Assembly: GCF_000039765.1 (NCBI RefSeq)
Contig: NC_004459.3
Location: forward strand, 1 to 32,000
From: Vibrio vulnificus CMCP6
GTDB lineage: Bacteria > Pseudomonadota > Gammaproteobacteria > Enterobacterales > Vibrionaceae
Reading direction: 5' to 3'
DNA length: 32,000 nucleotides
A program made the position numbers and the translations under genes. How positions within the stretch are numbered: the stretch's first letter is position 1; each line of letters opens with the position of its first letter. This document shows positions 16,924 through 27,482 of this stretch, piece after piece. Under the pieces are notes generated by a model. The model made no database searches. It was not told where the DNA came from and worked only from the letters and a program-made list of their open reading frames with translations.

Positions 16924-17532
16924 CTAACGATAGTTTCGTTCAAACACACCAGGTGGCATTTGCGCAATTTGAAACTCGATCATCTTGTCAAATGCCGTAA
17001 TTAAGGGTGTAAAATCGTTTTCAGGCTGAAAATAACTGAGAATGTGAAAACCGGCCTCGACAGTGGAAAGCGCATTGTCACTAGGCGATTTTCGGATACG
17101 GTAGTTTCCAGTGAGATTGTCTGGTAATTGTACACACGGCAGCACTTGCAAATTGCTTGAAAGTTGCCGGATTTTAAACGCTTTCTTCCACGTACCATCG
17201 AGGAGAATAAAGCGCAGACGACGCATGTTACTGTCATCAGATTGAGCAACTTGTTCCACAGTGACGGCTTGTTCATTCGGAAACAACACCCAATGGTGAT
17301 AGGATTCATCGCTTAGCAACTGATTGAGCTCAGCGTGTTGCGAAAAGTCTTCTCCAATGAACAAGCGACAGCTAGCCAAAGACAAATCGAGAATTCGAGC
17401 CGTGCCAAGTGGGCGATGCTCTTCACTCGGATGCTGTAGAATGATAAGTTCCACATCTGAGGCAAGAGACTCTATCCACTGACAAATACACGCTTTTTTC
17501 GCTTTACCACATTGAGAACAATACCGAGACAT
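16924..17532 (-). CDS. DTW domain-containing protein, tRNA-uridine aminocarboxypropyltransferase family
   Basis: N-terminal zinc-like CxxC...CxC (CSQCGKAKKACICQW), ILQHPSEEHRPLGTARIL, LLDGTWKKA, YRIRKSP motifs. Confidence 0.87.
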   Translation of the reverse strand: MSRYCSQCGKAKKACICQWIESLASDVELIILQHPSEEHRPLGTARILDLSLASCRLFIGEDFSQHAELNQLLSDESYHHWVLFPNEQAVTVEQVAQSDDSNMRRLRFILLDGTWKKAFKIRQLSSNLQVLPCVQLPDNLTGNYRIRKSPSDNALSTVEAGFHILSYFQPENDFTPLITAFDKMIEFQIAQMPPGVFERNYR

Positions 17533-17535
17533 ACT

Positions 17536-18096
17536 GTGAACCTTACTATTTTTCTGACGATAACCAGCGTGCTTTGTCTATTGCTTCAGCAGCCATTATT
17601 GTCTGATTGGACGGAGTGGCATCGCCAAGCGATAAATCATGGAGAATGGTGGCGAATCCTATCAGGAAATTTCACTCACACCAACTACCCTCACCTTTTG
17701 ATGAATCTGGCCGGGCTTTGGGTAATTGCTCACCTTTTCAAACCCAATGGGAAAACGTTCGCTTTGTTGCTAGTGATGATCAGCTTCATGGTCGGACTCG
17801 CTAACCTCTTAACCTCAATGCAAATATACGTTGGCCTTTCTGGGACGTTGCACGGCCTGTTTGCCTATTTTGCGCTAAGAGAAAGCTTGGAAGGAAGAAA
17901 AAGCAGTTGGCTTCTGGTGCTTGGTGTCGTGTTGAAAGTCGCTTGGGAGCATTGGATGGGAGCGTCTGCAAGCACAAGCGAACTCATTGGTGCAAGGGTC
18001 GCCATTGAGGCACATCTTGCTGGTATGAGCAGCGGCTTCCTCTTAGCCTCGCTGCCCCCTCTTTACCAGCGTTACCTTAACGCCAAAGCGCAATAA
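17536..18096 (+). CDS. rrtA: Rhombosortase (rhomboid-family protease associated with GlyGly-CTERM proteins)
   Basis: About 190-aa rhomboid-like membrane protein; GEWWRILSGNFTHTNYPHLLMNLAGL, catalytic GLSGTLHG, and the later AHLAG histidine. The track start (TTG 17512) overlaps the divergent DTW gene; GTG at 17536 avoids this. Confidence 0.83.
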   Translation: MNLTIFLTITSVLCLLLQQPLLSDWTEWHRQAINHGEWWRILSGNFTHTNYPHLLMNLAGLWVIAHLFKPNGKTFALLLVMISFMVGLANLLTSMQIYVGLSGTLHGLFAYFALRESLEGRKSSWLLVLGVVLKVAWEHWMGASASTSELIGARVAIEAHLAGMSSGFLLASLPPLYQRYLNAKAQ

Positions 18097-18142
18097 AGAC
18101 ATAAAGCAAGCTGACAGCACGCCAACTTGCTTTATCATCCAA

Positions 18143-18445
18143 TTACAACTTAATCCGTGACTGATTTTTCTCAATCGTTGATTTACCGATTCCTTTCACT
18201 TGAGCTAACTCATCAACCGTTTTAAACGGTCCATTAGCTTCTCTAAAGTCAACAATTTGCTGAGCTTTTTTAATACCAACGCCTTTTAACATCATGGCAA
18301 TTTCTTCTGCTGTCGCCGTGTTGATATTGACGGAAATCTCAATGCCTTCATATTTATCGGCTGCTTTCGTTGCAGAGTCCGCAAAAGAAACGGAAGGAAA
18401 AGAGAATGCCATTAGCATGGCTAAAAGGGTAATTACCTGTTTCAT
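18143..18445 (-). CDS. ComEA-family helix-hairpin-helix protein, exported
   Basis: Signal peptide MKQVITLLAMLMAFSFPSVSFA; ISVNINTATAEEIAMMLKGVGIKKAQQIVDFREANGPFKTVDELAQVKGIGKSTIEKNQSRI HhH repeats. Confidence 0.93.
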   Translation of the reverse strand: MKQVITLLAMLMAFSFPSVSFADSATKAADKYEGIEISVNINTATAEEIAMMLKGVGIKKAQQIVDFREANGPFKTVDELAQVKGIGKSTIEKNQSRIKL

Positions 18446-18518
18446 TGTCGTGTCCTCATGTTAGGTGCAAGGTGTTATACCTAACCCAGCGAGAGCACAA
18501 AACAGACAAGAGACAAAA

Positions 18519-18551
18519 ATAAAACAGGCCGCGAAAGCGACCTGTTTTTAG
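18519..18551 (-). terminator. Rho-independent terminator after ppiD
   Basis: ACAGG[C]CGC-gaaa-GCG[A]CCTGT stem with one mismatch, U-rich flank on the minus-strand transcript; 27 bp past the ppiD stop. Confidence 0.7.
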
Positions 18552-18577
18552 TTACATATCAGTTGCACACCGAACGA

Positions 18578-20437
18578 TTAGTTGCTCACAACAAAGTATT
18601 CAATATCGGTGTTAGCACGAAGAATCGCGACGATAGAACTCAAGTCACGCTGTGCAGAGACGCGTTGCAGTTGCACTGAAATTTGCTGTGCTAGTACAGG
18701 CTCTAAGCTCTCTTCTACTTTTTCAAGCGCCACGACAACAACATTGCCTTCCATATCTTTACTTTGGCCGTATACCGCATTACCTGCTGCTGGTTTTGCC
18801 ATAGCAAACACGGTCTGAGCTAAAGGAGAACGACGATCAATCTTCTCTAACTCACCAAACGATAAGCCTTTTTCTTGTAAAATAGCTGTGTTACCCGCTT
18901 TCAGAGCTGTCACGACTTCGGTTCCCAGCTCAAGTGCTTGTTGCTCACCTTTCACTTGAGAAAGCTCTGCAGCTACTTGGTCTTGCACCTCAGTCAAAGG
19001 TAACACCGTCTCATCACGAGCATCATCAACACGAACAACGATGATGTGTTCAGGGGCAATTTCAATCGCTTCTGAGTTCAGGCCATCCAACTTAACTTCT
19101 GGACTGGTAATCGCTTGAGTAACCGCAGGTGTACGAAGAATTTCAGGCGCATCAACTTGAGAGATAAAGTCAGTGTGTTTCACTTGTTGACCCACCGCTT
19201 TTGATGCTTCTTCTAAAGAATCTGGGTATTCGAATGCCACTTTCTCTAGCTCACTTTGCAACTCATAGAATTGGTCGACGGCTTTCTGGTCGATCATTTC
19301 TTGTTTGATTTGCGCAGCAACGTCGCTAAATGGCTTCACAACCGGTTCTTTTAGCTCTTCGAGTTTGATGATGTGGTAGCCGAAGTCAGACTTCACCAAG
19401 CCAGTGACATCGCCAACATTTTTTAGCGCAAACGCCGCTTCTTCAAACGCTGGATCCATCACATCACGTTCAATCCAACCAAGTTCACCGCCGTTATCAG
19501 CACTGCCAAAATCGTCTGATTTCTCTTGAGCTAGTGTCGCAAAATCCGCGCCAGCGTTCAATTCGTCTAAAATTGCTTGTGCTTTAGCTTGGTCATCCCC
19601 CTCAATGAGGATATGAGCCACTCGACGCTGCTCCTCAGAGGAATACTTATCAAGGTGCTCTTGATAGTACTGTTTCACTTCGTCATCAGAAATGGTGATT
19701 TGCTGCTTGAGTGAATCCGCCGCTAACTCGATGTAAGACACCTTCACCTGCTCAGGGCGAGTAAAGCGTGATTTGTTTTCATCGTAGTACTTTTGGATAT
19801 CTTCTTCTGTCAACGTCACTTTATCTGCAAAGTCGCGAATATTTAGCGTCACCGTACGAACATCACGTGTTTGAGTAAACAGTTTACCTTCTGCATCCAC
19901 TTCACCTGGTAGGGTAAATTCGCTGGTTTGTAGTGCATCAAGCAATTGAGAACGAATCAGTTCACGACGCATGTACTCTGCAAAAGAATCTGGTGAGTAA
20001 CCCGCGCGACGTAGGGTCGCTTGGTAGACGTCTTGGTTGAATTTACCGTCTTGCTGGAATTCTGGCATCGCTAGAATCATGCTTCTTACTTGAGCATCAC
20101 TGATGCGTAAACCTAATGATTCTGCATGCTGATCAAGCAAAACGTCGTTAATCATGCGGTCTAATACCGATTTACGGAAAGACTCTACGTAAGCAGGGTC
20201 AGCAAGGAGTTGAGAAAAGTAATCTCCTAGTTGCGACTGCATACGATTACGCTCGTTTTGGTAAGCCATTTCAAACTCACCACGACCGATTTCGACATTG
20301 CCAACTTTTGCTGCAGAGTTACTACTACCACTCACGAGGTAACTGCCGACACCTGCAAAGACAAACGATAGGATGATCAATCCTAGGATAATTTTAACCG
20401 CGATGCTATTCACGCCTTCGCGCAATCGATCCATCAT
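18578..20437 (-). CDS. ppiD: Peptidylprolyl isomerase/periplasmic chaperone PpiD
   Basis: MMDRLREGVNSIAVKIILGLIILSFVFAGVGSYL membrane anchor, SurA-like N-domain, parvulin domain RRVAHILIEGDD...FGSADNGGELGWIERDVMDPAFEEAAFAL. Start placed at ATGATG downstream of the GTG used by the track. Confidence 0.95.
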   Translation of the reverse strand: MMDRLREGVNSIAVKIILGLIILSFVFAGVGSYLVSGSSNSAAKVGNVEIGRGEFEMAYQNERNRMQSQLGDYFSQLLADPAYVESFRKSVLDRMINDVLLDQHAESLGLRISDAQVRSMILAMPEFQQDGKFNQDVYQATLRRAGYSPDSFAEYMRRELIRSQLLDALQTSEFTLPGEVDAEGKLFTQTRDVRTVTLNIRDFADKVTLTEEDIQKYYDENKSRFTRPEQVKVSYIELAADSLKQQITISDDEVKQYYQEHLDKYSSEEQRRVAHILIEGDDQAKAQAILDELNAGADFATLAQEKSDDFGSADNGGELGWIERDVMDPAFEEAAFALKNVGDVTGLVKSDFGYHIIKLEELKEPVVKPFSDVAAQIKQEMIDQKAVDQFYELQSELEKVAFEYPDSLEEASKAVGQQVKHTDFISQVDAPEILRTPAVTQAITSPEVKLDGLNSEAIEIAPEHIIVVRVDDARDETVLPLTEVQDQVAAELSQVKGEQQALELGTEVVTALKAGNTAILQEKGLSFGELEKIDRRSPLAQTVFAMAKPAAGNAVYGQSKDMEGNVVVVALEKVEESLEPVLAQQISVQLQRVSAQRDLSSIVAILRANTDIEYFVVSN

Positions 20438-20613
20438 AACTAAACTGCTCTCCACTCACGAAGCCAACGCTTCTCTTGAAATGTAATCACGCGATAATAC
20501 CAGAAAAAAGAAATGCGCATCAGTAGGATGCGCATAATTTAAAAAAGTTCGGCTTTCACATCGCAAAATCGTGTTCAAACGGGTTTGATTGAACAAAATT
20601 CACACTATCGCGA

Positions 20614-20907
20614 TTAGTTACAAGCGTCTTTAAGAGCTTTACCTGCTTTGAAAGATGGTACTTTCGCTTCTGCGATTTGGATCTCTTCACCAGTCTTAGG
20701 GTTACGGCCTGTACGAGCTGCGCGAGTACGCACGCTGAAAGTACCGAAACCAACTAGAGCTACTTGATCACCAGACTGAAGAGTACCGCTTACTGCTTCA
20801 ATGAATGCATCTAGAGCACGACCTGCTGACGCTTTAGAGATATCTGCGTTTGCAGCGATTGATTCTACTAGTTGAGTTTTGTTCACTGTGATTCCCCTTT
20901 GTGCCAT
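20614..20907 (-). CDS. hupB: DNA-binding protein HU-beta
   Basis: Bacterial HU family; [26 protein letters not shown]. Located downstream of lon. The track's extra N-terminal residues (MAQRG...) likely precede the true start MNKTQLVE-like ([22 protein letters not shown]), so the exact start may be about 12 bp in (GTG). Confidence 0.93.
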   Translation of the reverse strand: MAQRGITVNKTQLVESIAANADISKASAGRALDAFIEAVSGTLQSGDQVALVGFGTFSVRTRAARTGRNPKTGEEIQIAEAKVPSFKAGKALKDACN

Positions 20908-21018
20908 CTGTGATTATTTTTTTAGATGACTTTCGTTCCATTAATACTAAAAATTAGCGCCAAGCCTTATCTTAAAAGGGCTGGCAGCCATCGAGCTCTA
21001 ACTTAGCTCCCAAAAAAA

Positions 21019-21050
21019 ACGCTGACAAGCCTTTTCGAGCCTATCAGCGT
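21019..21050 (-). terminator. Terminator-like hairpin after lon
   Basis: ACGCTGA ... TCAGCGT stem followed by a T-run on the minus strand (from the aaaaaaaa at 21012-21019). Confidence 0.75.
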
Positions 21051-21079
21051 AAACTTTTACTTATTTTTGCTGCACATCA

Positions 21080-23431
21080 CTATTTTTTAGCGTCAAACTC
21101 TACCCCAGTTGGGTCTCGCTCTAGTGCAACTTTAAGAACTTCATCAATCCATTGAACTGGAATGACTTTCAAATCAGCGATAACGTTGTCTGGAATTTCT
21201 TCCAGATCACGCTCATTATCCTTCGGAATAAGTACCGTTGTAATACCACCACGATGTGCAGCCAACAACTTCTCTTTTAGACCACCGATTGGTAACACTT
21301 CACCACGCAGAGTAATTTCACCTGTCATGGCGACTTCTGCTTTGACAGGGTTACCCGTTAGGCTAGAGACTAACGCCGTGCACATAGCAATACCGGCACT
21401 TGGGCCATCTTTTGGTGTTGCACCTTCTGGAACGTGCACATGGATGTCTTTCTTCTCGTAGAAATCAGAGTTAATACCCAATTTCTCCGCACGAGAGCGC
21501 ACAACGGTCATGGCCGCTTGAATCGACTCCTGCATCACATCACCCAGTGAGCCAGTTTGGGTCAGTTTACCTTTGCCCGGCATCGCCTCAGTCTCAATCG
21601 TCAGCAAATCGCCGCCGACTTCCGTCCACGCAAGACCTGTCACTTGACCCACTCGGTTGCTGTCATCCGCTTTACCATAGTCAAAGCGTTGAACACCTAA
21701 GTACTCTTTCAAGTTATCGATGTTAACTGTCACCGACTTCAACTCTGGCTTCAGCAGAATGTTCTTCACTGCTTTACGACAGATTTTCGAAATCTCACGC
21801 TCTAAACTACGTACACCGGCTTCACGCGTATAGAAGCGGATAATACCAATAATGGCAGAGTCCTCGATATTGATTTCATGAGGCTTCAAGCCATTGCGCT
21901 CGACCTGCTTCGCAACCAAGTGGCGCTTCGCAATGTTGAGTTTTTCATCTTCTGTATAACCAGACAAACGAATCACTTCCATACGGTCAAGCAAAGGACC
22001 TGGAATATTCATTGAGTTCGAAGTTGCAACAAACATCACGTCAGACAGATCGTAATCCACTTCTAAGTAGTGATCATTGAACGAGTTGTTCTGTTCTGGG
22101 TCCAGCACTTCAAGTAATGCAGACGCGGGATCGCCACGCATGTCAGATGACATTTTGTCGATCTCATCCAACAAAAAGAGTGGATTCTTCACGCCAACTT
22201 TGGCCATTTTTTGAATCAATTTGCCCGGAAGCGAACCAATATACGTGCGGCGATGGCCACGGATCTCGGCTTCATCTCGAACGCCACCGAGCGCCATACG
22301 AACGTATTGACGACCTGTTGCTGCGGCAATTGAGCGACCTAACGAAGTTTTACCCACACCAGGAGGCCCCACAAGGCAAAGAATCGGGCCTTTTAGCTTA
22401 TTGATACGGTTTTGAACCGCTAAATATTCAAGAATGCGGTCTTTTACGCGCTCAAGGCCGTAATGGTCTTCATTAAGCACTTCTTCCGCTTTCGCCAAGT
22501 CTTTCTTCACTTTAGAACGTTTGTTCCAAGGAACGTTGACCATCCAATCAATGTAGCTGCGCACAACTGTCGCTTCCGCTGACATCGGTGACATCATCTT
22601 CAGCTTTTGCAGTTCTTGTTCGGTCTTTTCGCGTGCTTCTTTCGGCATTTTAGCCGAATCAATCTTTTGCTTGAGCGCTTCAAACTCATCTACGCCATCT
22701 TCAGATTCGCCAAGCTCTTTCTGAATCGCTTTCATTTGCTCATTCAGATAGTACTCACGCTGGGATTTCTCCATCTGTTTCTTGACGCGGTTACGGATGC
22801 GCTTTTCAACTTGCAGAATGTCGATTTCCGATTCCATTTGTCCCATCAGGAACTCTAGACGCTCGGTAATATCTACGGTTTCTAGTACTTGCTGCTTATC
22901 CGCTAATTTCAGTGGCATATGGGCAGCAATGGTATCAGCAAGGCGGGCAGCTTCATCAATACCACCAAGGGAAGTCAGGACTTCTGGTGGAATCTTCTTA
23001 TTCAGTTTAATGAAGCCTTCAAATTGGCTAATGGCGCTGCGAACAATCACTTCTTGCTCACGCTCATCCAATTCAGGAGTGACGATAAATTCCGCTTCTG
23101 CTAAGAAGAAATCACTTTCCTTGAACTGATTGATTTTAGCGCGCTGCTGGCCTTCAACCAGTACTTTTACCGTACCGTCTGGCAGTTTAAGCAGTTGCAG
23201 GATCGTGGCTACCGTGCCCACCTCGAACAAGTCATCAACGGTTGGTTCATCTGTGTCTGCTTGCTTTTGTGCGACAAGCAAAACCTGTTTATTGGCTTCC
23301 ATTGCCGACTCTAAGCAACTGATCGACTTTTCACGGCCAACAAACAAAGGGATAACCATGTGTGGATAAACCACCACATCTCGTAGAGGTAGTACGGGGA
23401 TCTCGATACGCTCGGAACGTTCCAAGTTCAT
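21080..23431 (-). CDS. lon: ATP-dependent Lon protease
   Basis: Full-length Lon: [34 protein letters not shown], catalytic [11 protein letters not shown]. Confidence 0.98.
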   Translation of the reverse strand: MNLERSERIEIPVLPLRDVVVYPHMVIPLFVGREKSISCLESAMEANKQVLLVAQKQADTDEPTVDDLFEVGTVATILQLLKLPDGTVKVLVEGQQRAKINQFKESDFFLAEAEFIVTPELDEREQEVIVRSAISQFEGFIKLNKKIPPEVLTSLGGIDEAARLADTIAAHMPLKLADKQQVLETVDITERLEFLMGQMESEIDILQVEKRIRNRVKKQMEKSQREYYLNEQMKAIQKELGESEDGVDEFEALKQKIDSAKMPKEAREKTEQELQKLKMMSPMSAEATVVRSYIDWMVNVPWNKRSKVKKDLAKAEEVLNEDHYGLERVKDRILEYLAVQNRINKLKGPILCLVGPPGVGKTSLGRSIAAATGRQYVRMALGGVRDEAEIRGHRRTYIGSLPGKLIQKMAKVGVKNPLFLLDEIDKMSSDMRGDPASALLEVLDPEQNNSFNDHYLEVDYDLSDVMFVATSNSMNIPGPLLDRMEVIRLSGYTEDEKLNIAKRHLVAKQVERNGLKPHEINIEDSAIIGIIRFYTREAGVRSLEREISKICRKAVKNILLKPELKSVTVNIDNLKEYLGVQRFDYGKADDSNRVGQVTGLAWTEVGGDLLTIETEAMPGKGKLTQTGSLGDVMQESIQAAMTVVRSRAEKLGINSDFYEKKDIHVHVPEGATPKDGPSAGIAMCTALVSSLTGNPVKAEVAMTGEITLRGEVLPIGGLKEKLLAAHRGGITTVLIPKDNERDLEEIPDNVIADLKVIPVQWIDEVLKVALERDPTGVEFDAKK

Positions 23432-23465
23432 ATAATTCTCTCTTCCACTTACTATTATGAGCAGT

Positions 23466-23492
23466 ATATGGGGGCTAATTATTTGGATTCAA
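23466..23492 (-). promoter_or_regulatory. Probable sigma-32 (RpoH) heat-shock promoter of lon
   Basis: On the minus strand: ATTGAAT-like -35 (TTGAAT, 23487-23492), 13-nt spacer, CCCCATAT -10 (23466-23473), against consensus CTTGAAA-N11-16-CCCCATNT; about 35 bp upstream of the lon ATG. Confidence 0.75.
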
Positions 23493-23504
23493 TAAAAGAA
23501 AATA

Positions 23505-23535
23505 AAAAAGGAGGTAATTCCTTACCTCCTTTTTC
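23505..23535 (-). terminator. Bidirectional-looking Rho-independent terminator between clpX and lon
   Basis: AAAAAGGAGGTAA-ttcc-TTACCTCCTTTTT: perfect stem with A/T tracts on both sides. Confidence 0.9.
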
Positions 23536-23549
23536 TACATCGATTAAAT

Positions 23550-24830
23550 TTACTCAGCGCCAGCGGCTTGGCTATCACTGTTGGTGTAAATCAAAAGCGG
23601 CTCTGATTCACCATTAATCACCGATTCATCAATGACAACTTTGCTCACGTCGTCCATCGATGGCAGTTCATACATGGTTTCTAGCAACACGCCTTCCAAA
23701 ATTGAACGCAAGCCACGAGCGCCTGTTTTACGCTCCATCGCTTTTTTCGCGATCGCTTTTAGCGCATCTTCTCTGAACTCAAGATCCGCACCTTCCAGTT
23801 CAAACAGCGCTGCATATTGCTTTGTTAGCGCATTTTTTGGTTGGCAAAGAATCTGAATTAATGCTTCTTCGTCTAACTCGGTCAACGAAGCGGTCACTGG
23901 TAGACGACCAATAAACTCAGGAATCAAACCATATTTCACAAGATCTTCTGGCTCTACCTGAGTGAACAATTCGCCCACTGTTTTGCTTTCGTCTTTAGAG
24001 CGGACTTCCGCACCAAAACCAATGCCTGTACCTGTTGCAACGCGTTGTTCGATCACTTTATCTAGACCGGCAAATGCACCACCACAGATAAAGAGGATCT
24101 TTGACGTATCCACTTGCAAAAACTCTTGCTGAGGATGCTTACGACCACCTTGAGGTGGTACAGAAGCAATCGTACCTTCAACCAGTTTAAGCAGCGCTTG
24201 CTGAACGCCTTCACCAGAAACGTCACGAGTAATAGATGGGTTTTCTGCTTTACGAGAAATCTTGTCAATTTCATCGATATACACAATACCACGCTCTGCT
24301 TTCGCTACGTCGTAATCACATTTCTGAAGCAACTTTTGAATGATGTTTTCAACATCTTCGCCCACATAACCCGCTTCTGTTAGCGTCGTGGCATCTGCCA
24401 TAGTGAACGGTACATCGAGGAAACGCGCAAGCGTCTCAGCAAGCAACGTCTTACCGCTACCTGTTGGGCCGATCAGCAAGATGTTACTCTTACCTAGCTC
24501 CACGCCATCACTCGTTGTGTCACCATTACGTAAACGCTTGTAGTGGTTATATACCGCAACCGCGAGCACTTTTTTCGCATGGTCTTGACCGATTACATAG
24601 TCATCAAGGTGTGCACGGATCTCACGAGGCGTTGGCAACGCTTCAGATTCGCGTTTTGGAAGCACATCTTTGATCTCTTCACGGATGATGTCGTTACATA
24701 AATCGACACATTCGTCACAGATGTAAACGGATGGACCAGCGATTAGCTTGCGAACTTCGTGCTGGCTTTTGCCGCAGAAAGAGCAGTAAAGCAACTTACC
24801 ACTACCACTCTCTTTGCTTTTGTCTGTCAT
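23550..24830 (-). CDS. clpX: ATP-dependent Clp protease ATP-binding subunit ClpX
   Basis: Zinc finger [30 protein letters not shown]; [16 protein letters not shown]; RGLRSILEG. Confidence 0.98.
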   Translation of the reverse strand: MTDKSKESGSGKLLYCSFCGKSQHEVRKLIAGPSVYICDECVDLCNDIIREEIKDVLPKRESEALPTPREIRAHLDDYVIGQDHAKKVLAVAVYNHYKRLRNGDTTSDGVELGKSNILLIGPTGSGKTLLAETLARFLDVPFTMADATTLTEAGYVGEDVENIIQKLLQKCDYDVAKAERGIVYIDEIDKISRKAENPSITRDVSGEGVQQALLKLVEGTIASVPPQGGRKHPQQEFLQVDTSKILFICGGAFAGLDKVIEQRVATGTGIGFGAEVRSKDESKTVGELFTQVEPEDLVKYGLIPEFIGRLPVTASLTELDEEALIQILCQPKNALTKQYAALFELEGADLEFREDALKAIAKKAMERKTGARGLRSILEGVLLETMYELPSMDDVSKVVIDESVINGESEPLLIYTNSDSQAAGAE

Positions 24831-24900
24831 TCGCTAACCTCTTAGCCTTTACTCTTTATGTTTGAGTGTATAACAATTTGAATCAGTTTGCGCAGGCAAA

Positions 24901-25527
24901 TTATGCACTGCGATGAGTCAATACTGCGTCCACCAAACCGTATTCTACTGCCTGATCTGCCGACATAAAATTATCGCGATCAGTATCACGTTCAATCACT
25001 TCCAATGGTTGGCCAGTGTGTTCTGCCAACAACTTGTTCAGTTTAGTCTTAATAGTAAGAATTTCCTGAGCATGAATTTGGATGTCTGACGCTTGACCTT
25101 GGAAACCACCAAGTGGCTGGTGAATCATCACACGTGAGTTAGGTAGTACATAACGCTTACCTGGTGCACCACCAGCAAGCAAAAATGCACCCATTGAACA
25201 TGCTTGACCCATACATACTGTGCTCACATTTGGCTTGATGAACTGCATTGTGTCGTAAATCGACATACCTGCCGTCACGCTGCCACCTGGAGAGTTAATG
25301 TAAAGGAAGATATCTTTGTCTGGGTTCTCAGACTCTAGGAAAAGTAGCTGAGCCACGACAAGGTTTGCCATGTGGTCTTCAACCTGTCCGGTGAGGAAAA
25401 TCACTCGCTCTTTTAGCAAACGCGAATAAATATCGTAAGAACGTTCACCACGGGAAGTTTGTTCAACCACCATTGGTACTAGTGCGTCGATGATTGGCGA
25501 CATTGCATTTTTTTCTTGGTAGCTCAT
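24901..25527 (-). CDS. clpP: ATP-dependent Clp protease proteolytic subunit ClpP
   Basis: [21 protein letters not shown], catalytic Ser in [11 protein letters not shown], His in [10 protein letters not shown]. Confidence 0.98.
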   Translation of the reverse strand: MSYQEKNAMSPIIDALVPMVVEQTSRGERSYDIYSRLLKERVIFLTGQVEDHMANLVVAQLLFLESENPDKDIFLYINSPGGSVTAGMSIYDTMQFIKPNVSTVCMGQACSMGAFLLAGGAPGKRYVLPNSRVMIHQPLGGFQGQASDIQIHAQEILTIKTKLNKLLAEHTGQPLEVIERDTDRDNFMSADQAVEYGLVDAVLTHRSA

Positions 25528-25548
25528 ATTCTTATGTCCCTAAAATAA

Positions 25549-25580
25549 ATGGCCCGGATGATAATTATCATACGGACCAT
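25549..25580 (-). promoter_or_regulatory. Long hairpin in the tig-clpP intergenic region (attenuator or RNA-processing site)
   Basis: ATGGCCCGGATGATAA / TTATCATACGGACCAT inverted repeat, 14/16 matching arms with no spacer. In the minus-strand transcript one mismatch becomes a U.G wobble. Confidence 0.6.
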
Positions 25581-25632
25581 TGTTAGCAGAATAGTTAACG
25601 TTTAGTCAACCTTCTACGCAAGATATTGCTTA

Positions 25633-26931
25633 TTAAGCTGGTTGGTTCATTAGCTCGTTGAAGCTAACTTCTTTTTCAGAAACCTGAGCTTTAGCAATGA
25701 TCGCGTCGATAGCTTGTTCTTCTAGAGCAACGTTACGCATGTTGTTCATCAACTGTTCGTTTTGCTCGTAGTAAGTCACAACTTCAGTTGGATCTTCGTA
25801 AGCAGTCGCCATTTCAGTGATGATAGCTTTCACTTTCTCTTCATCAACTTTTAGCTCGTGAGCTTTGATCACTTCACCTAGTAGTAGACCCACTACAACA
25901 CGGCGTTTCGCTTGCTCTTCAAACAGTTCACGAGGAAGCTGCATTGCTGCTTCAACGTTACCACCAAAGCGTTGTGCTGCTTGCTGACGTAGAACATTGA
26001 TTTCTTGGTCGATAAGCGCAGCTGGCACGTCGATTTCGTTCTCTTTTACAAGACCGTCGATCGCTTGCTCTTTGATACGGTTTTTAACCGCTTGCTTAAG
26101 CTCACGCTCCATGTTCTTACGAACTTCTGCTTTAAGTGCGTCGATGCCACCTTCAGCTACACCAAATTTAGCAACGAATTCGTCGTTTAGTTCTGGTAGT
26201 TGACGTGCTTCAACTTTGTTCACTTTGATAGCGAATTTCGCTGCTTTACCTTTTAGGTTTTCAGCGTGGTAATCTTCTGGGAATGTTACGTCGATTTCGA
26301 ATTCCATGCCCTTAGTTTTGCCTTCGATACCATCTTCGAAGCCAGGGATCATACGGCCAGCGCCCATTTCTAGTGGGAAGTTCTCAGCTTTACCGCCTTC
26401 AAACTCTTCACCGTCGATAGAGCCAACGAAATCGATGCTTACACGCTTACCAGCTTCAGCCGCTTCTTCAACTTCAGTCCAAGTCGCTTGTTGCTTACGT
26501 AGAGTTTCGATCATCTCTTCAACGTCAGCGTCTTTCACTTCAACTGCTGGTTTTTCAACAGTGATGTTTTCTAGACCTTTAAGCTCAACTTCTGGGTAAA
26601 CTTCAAAAGTTGCGTTGAATACTAGATCTGAGCCTTCTTTGTTTTCAACCGGAGCGAAAGTTGGCGCACCCGCTGGGTTGATCTTTTCTTTGATGATCGC
26701 TTCGATGAAGTGGCGTTGCATTACTTCACCTAGGATGTCTTGACGTACTGCTTTGCCGTACATTTTCGCAACCATCTTCATTGGCACTTTGCCTTTACGG
26801 AAACCATCGAAACGACGGTTTTTAGCGATGTTGCGTAGTTCAGCTGTAACTGCATCTTCGATGTTAGCAGCAGGAACAGTAATATTCAGACGGCGCTCTA
26901 GGCCCTCTAGCGTTTCAACAGTAACTTGCAT
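25633..26931 (-). CDS. tig: Trigger factor
   Basis: [28 protein letters not shown], ribosome-binding [15 protein letters not shown]-like domain [44 protein letters not shown]. Confidence 0.97.
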   Translation of the reverse strand: MQVTVETLEGLERRLNITVPAANIEDAVTAELRNIAKNRRFDGFRKGKVPMKMVAKMYGKAVRQDILGEVMQRHFIEAIIKEKINPAGAPTFAPVENKEGSDLVFNATFEVYPEVELKGLENITVEKPAVEVKDADVEEMIETLRKQQATWTEVEEAAEAGKRVSIDFVGSIDGEEFEGGKAENFPLEMGAGRMIPGFEDGIEGKTKGMEFEIDVTFPEDYHAENLKGKAAKFAIKVNKVEARQLPELNDEFVAKFGVAEGGIDALKAEVRKNMERELKQAVKNRIKEQAIDGLVKENEIDVPAALIDQEINVLRQQAAQRFGGNVEAAMQLPRELFEEQAKRRVVVGLLLGEVIKAHELKVDEEKVKAIITEMATAYEDPTEVVTYYEQNEQLMNNMRNVALEEQAIDAIIAKAQVSEKEVSFNELMNQPA

Positions 26932-27482
26932 TATATATAAACCTCAAAAATGGCTCAGTTTCACTGAGCATATGAGCCTAACGAATGCCAGAGCAAACGA
27001 ATACGGCTGCATCCTTGTCTGTGTTCTTTACGAACACCTATTTTAAAATCGAGTATCGGTTTCGCCATGAAACCAAACTAATCAGTGATATCTTCAGCAG
27101 GGCCAAAGGTATCTCCCATTAGTCTCAGGACAAAATTTCAGACGCGACATTCTAACGATCTGATCCAACCCTGTCGAGCCAATCACCACTATGTGCGCAA
27201 TGTCTGTCCTAAAATCTCGAATTCATGTCGCAATTTGGCGGTTAGCAACTAAGATTGGGACAATAACGAGTTTTTCAAGAGAATCGACTGCTTTTTTTAT
27301 CGAAAAGCGTAAAAAGAGATCTTGCTCTTGTTTTGCTCCACAGAGTTGAGATCTTTTTCGCCACTCTTTTCTACAAACCGATAACATCTGGCTATCCACC
27401 CCAATTGGACTGTTTTGTGGCAAGTTAAACAGAATGCATTCCCTGTCATTGCTTGCTGCGATTTTGTTTTCGGAGAATCAGG

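Noticed and set aside
22782-23129. 115-aa plus-strand ORF opposite lon, and other ORFs antisense to lon, clpX, tig, ppiD and dctB/D
   Set aside because: All are shadow ORFs of highly conserved core genes.
26932-27482. Possible tRNA or sigma-54 promoter between tig and dctB
   Set aside because: No cloverleaf could be built by eye, and TGGCAA...AATGC near 27418 does not have the -24/-12 spacing.
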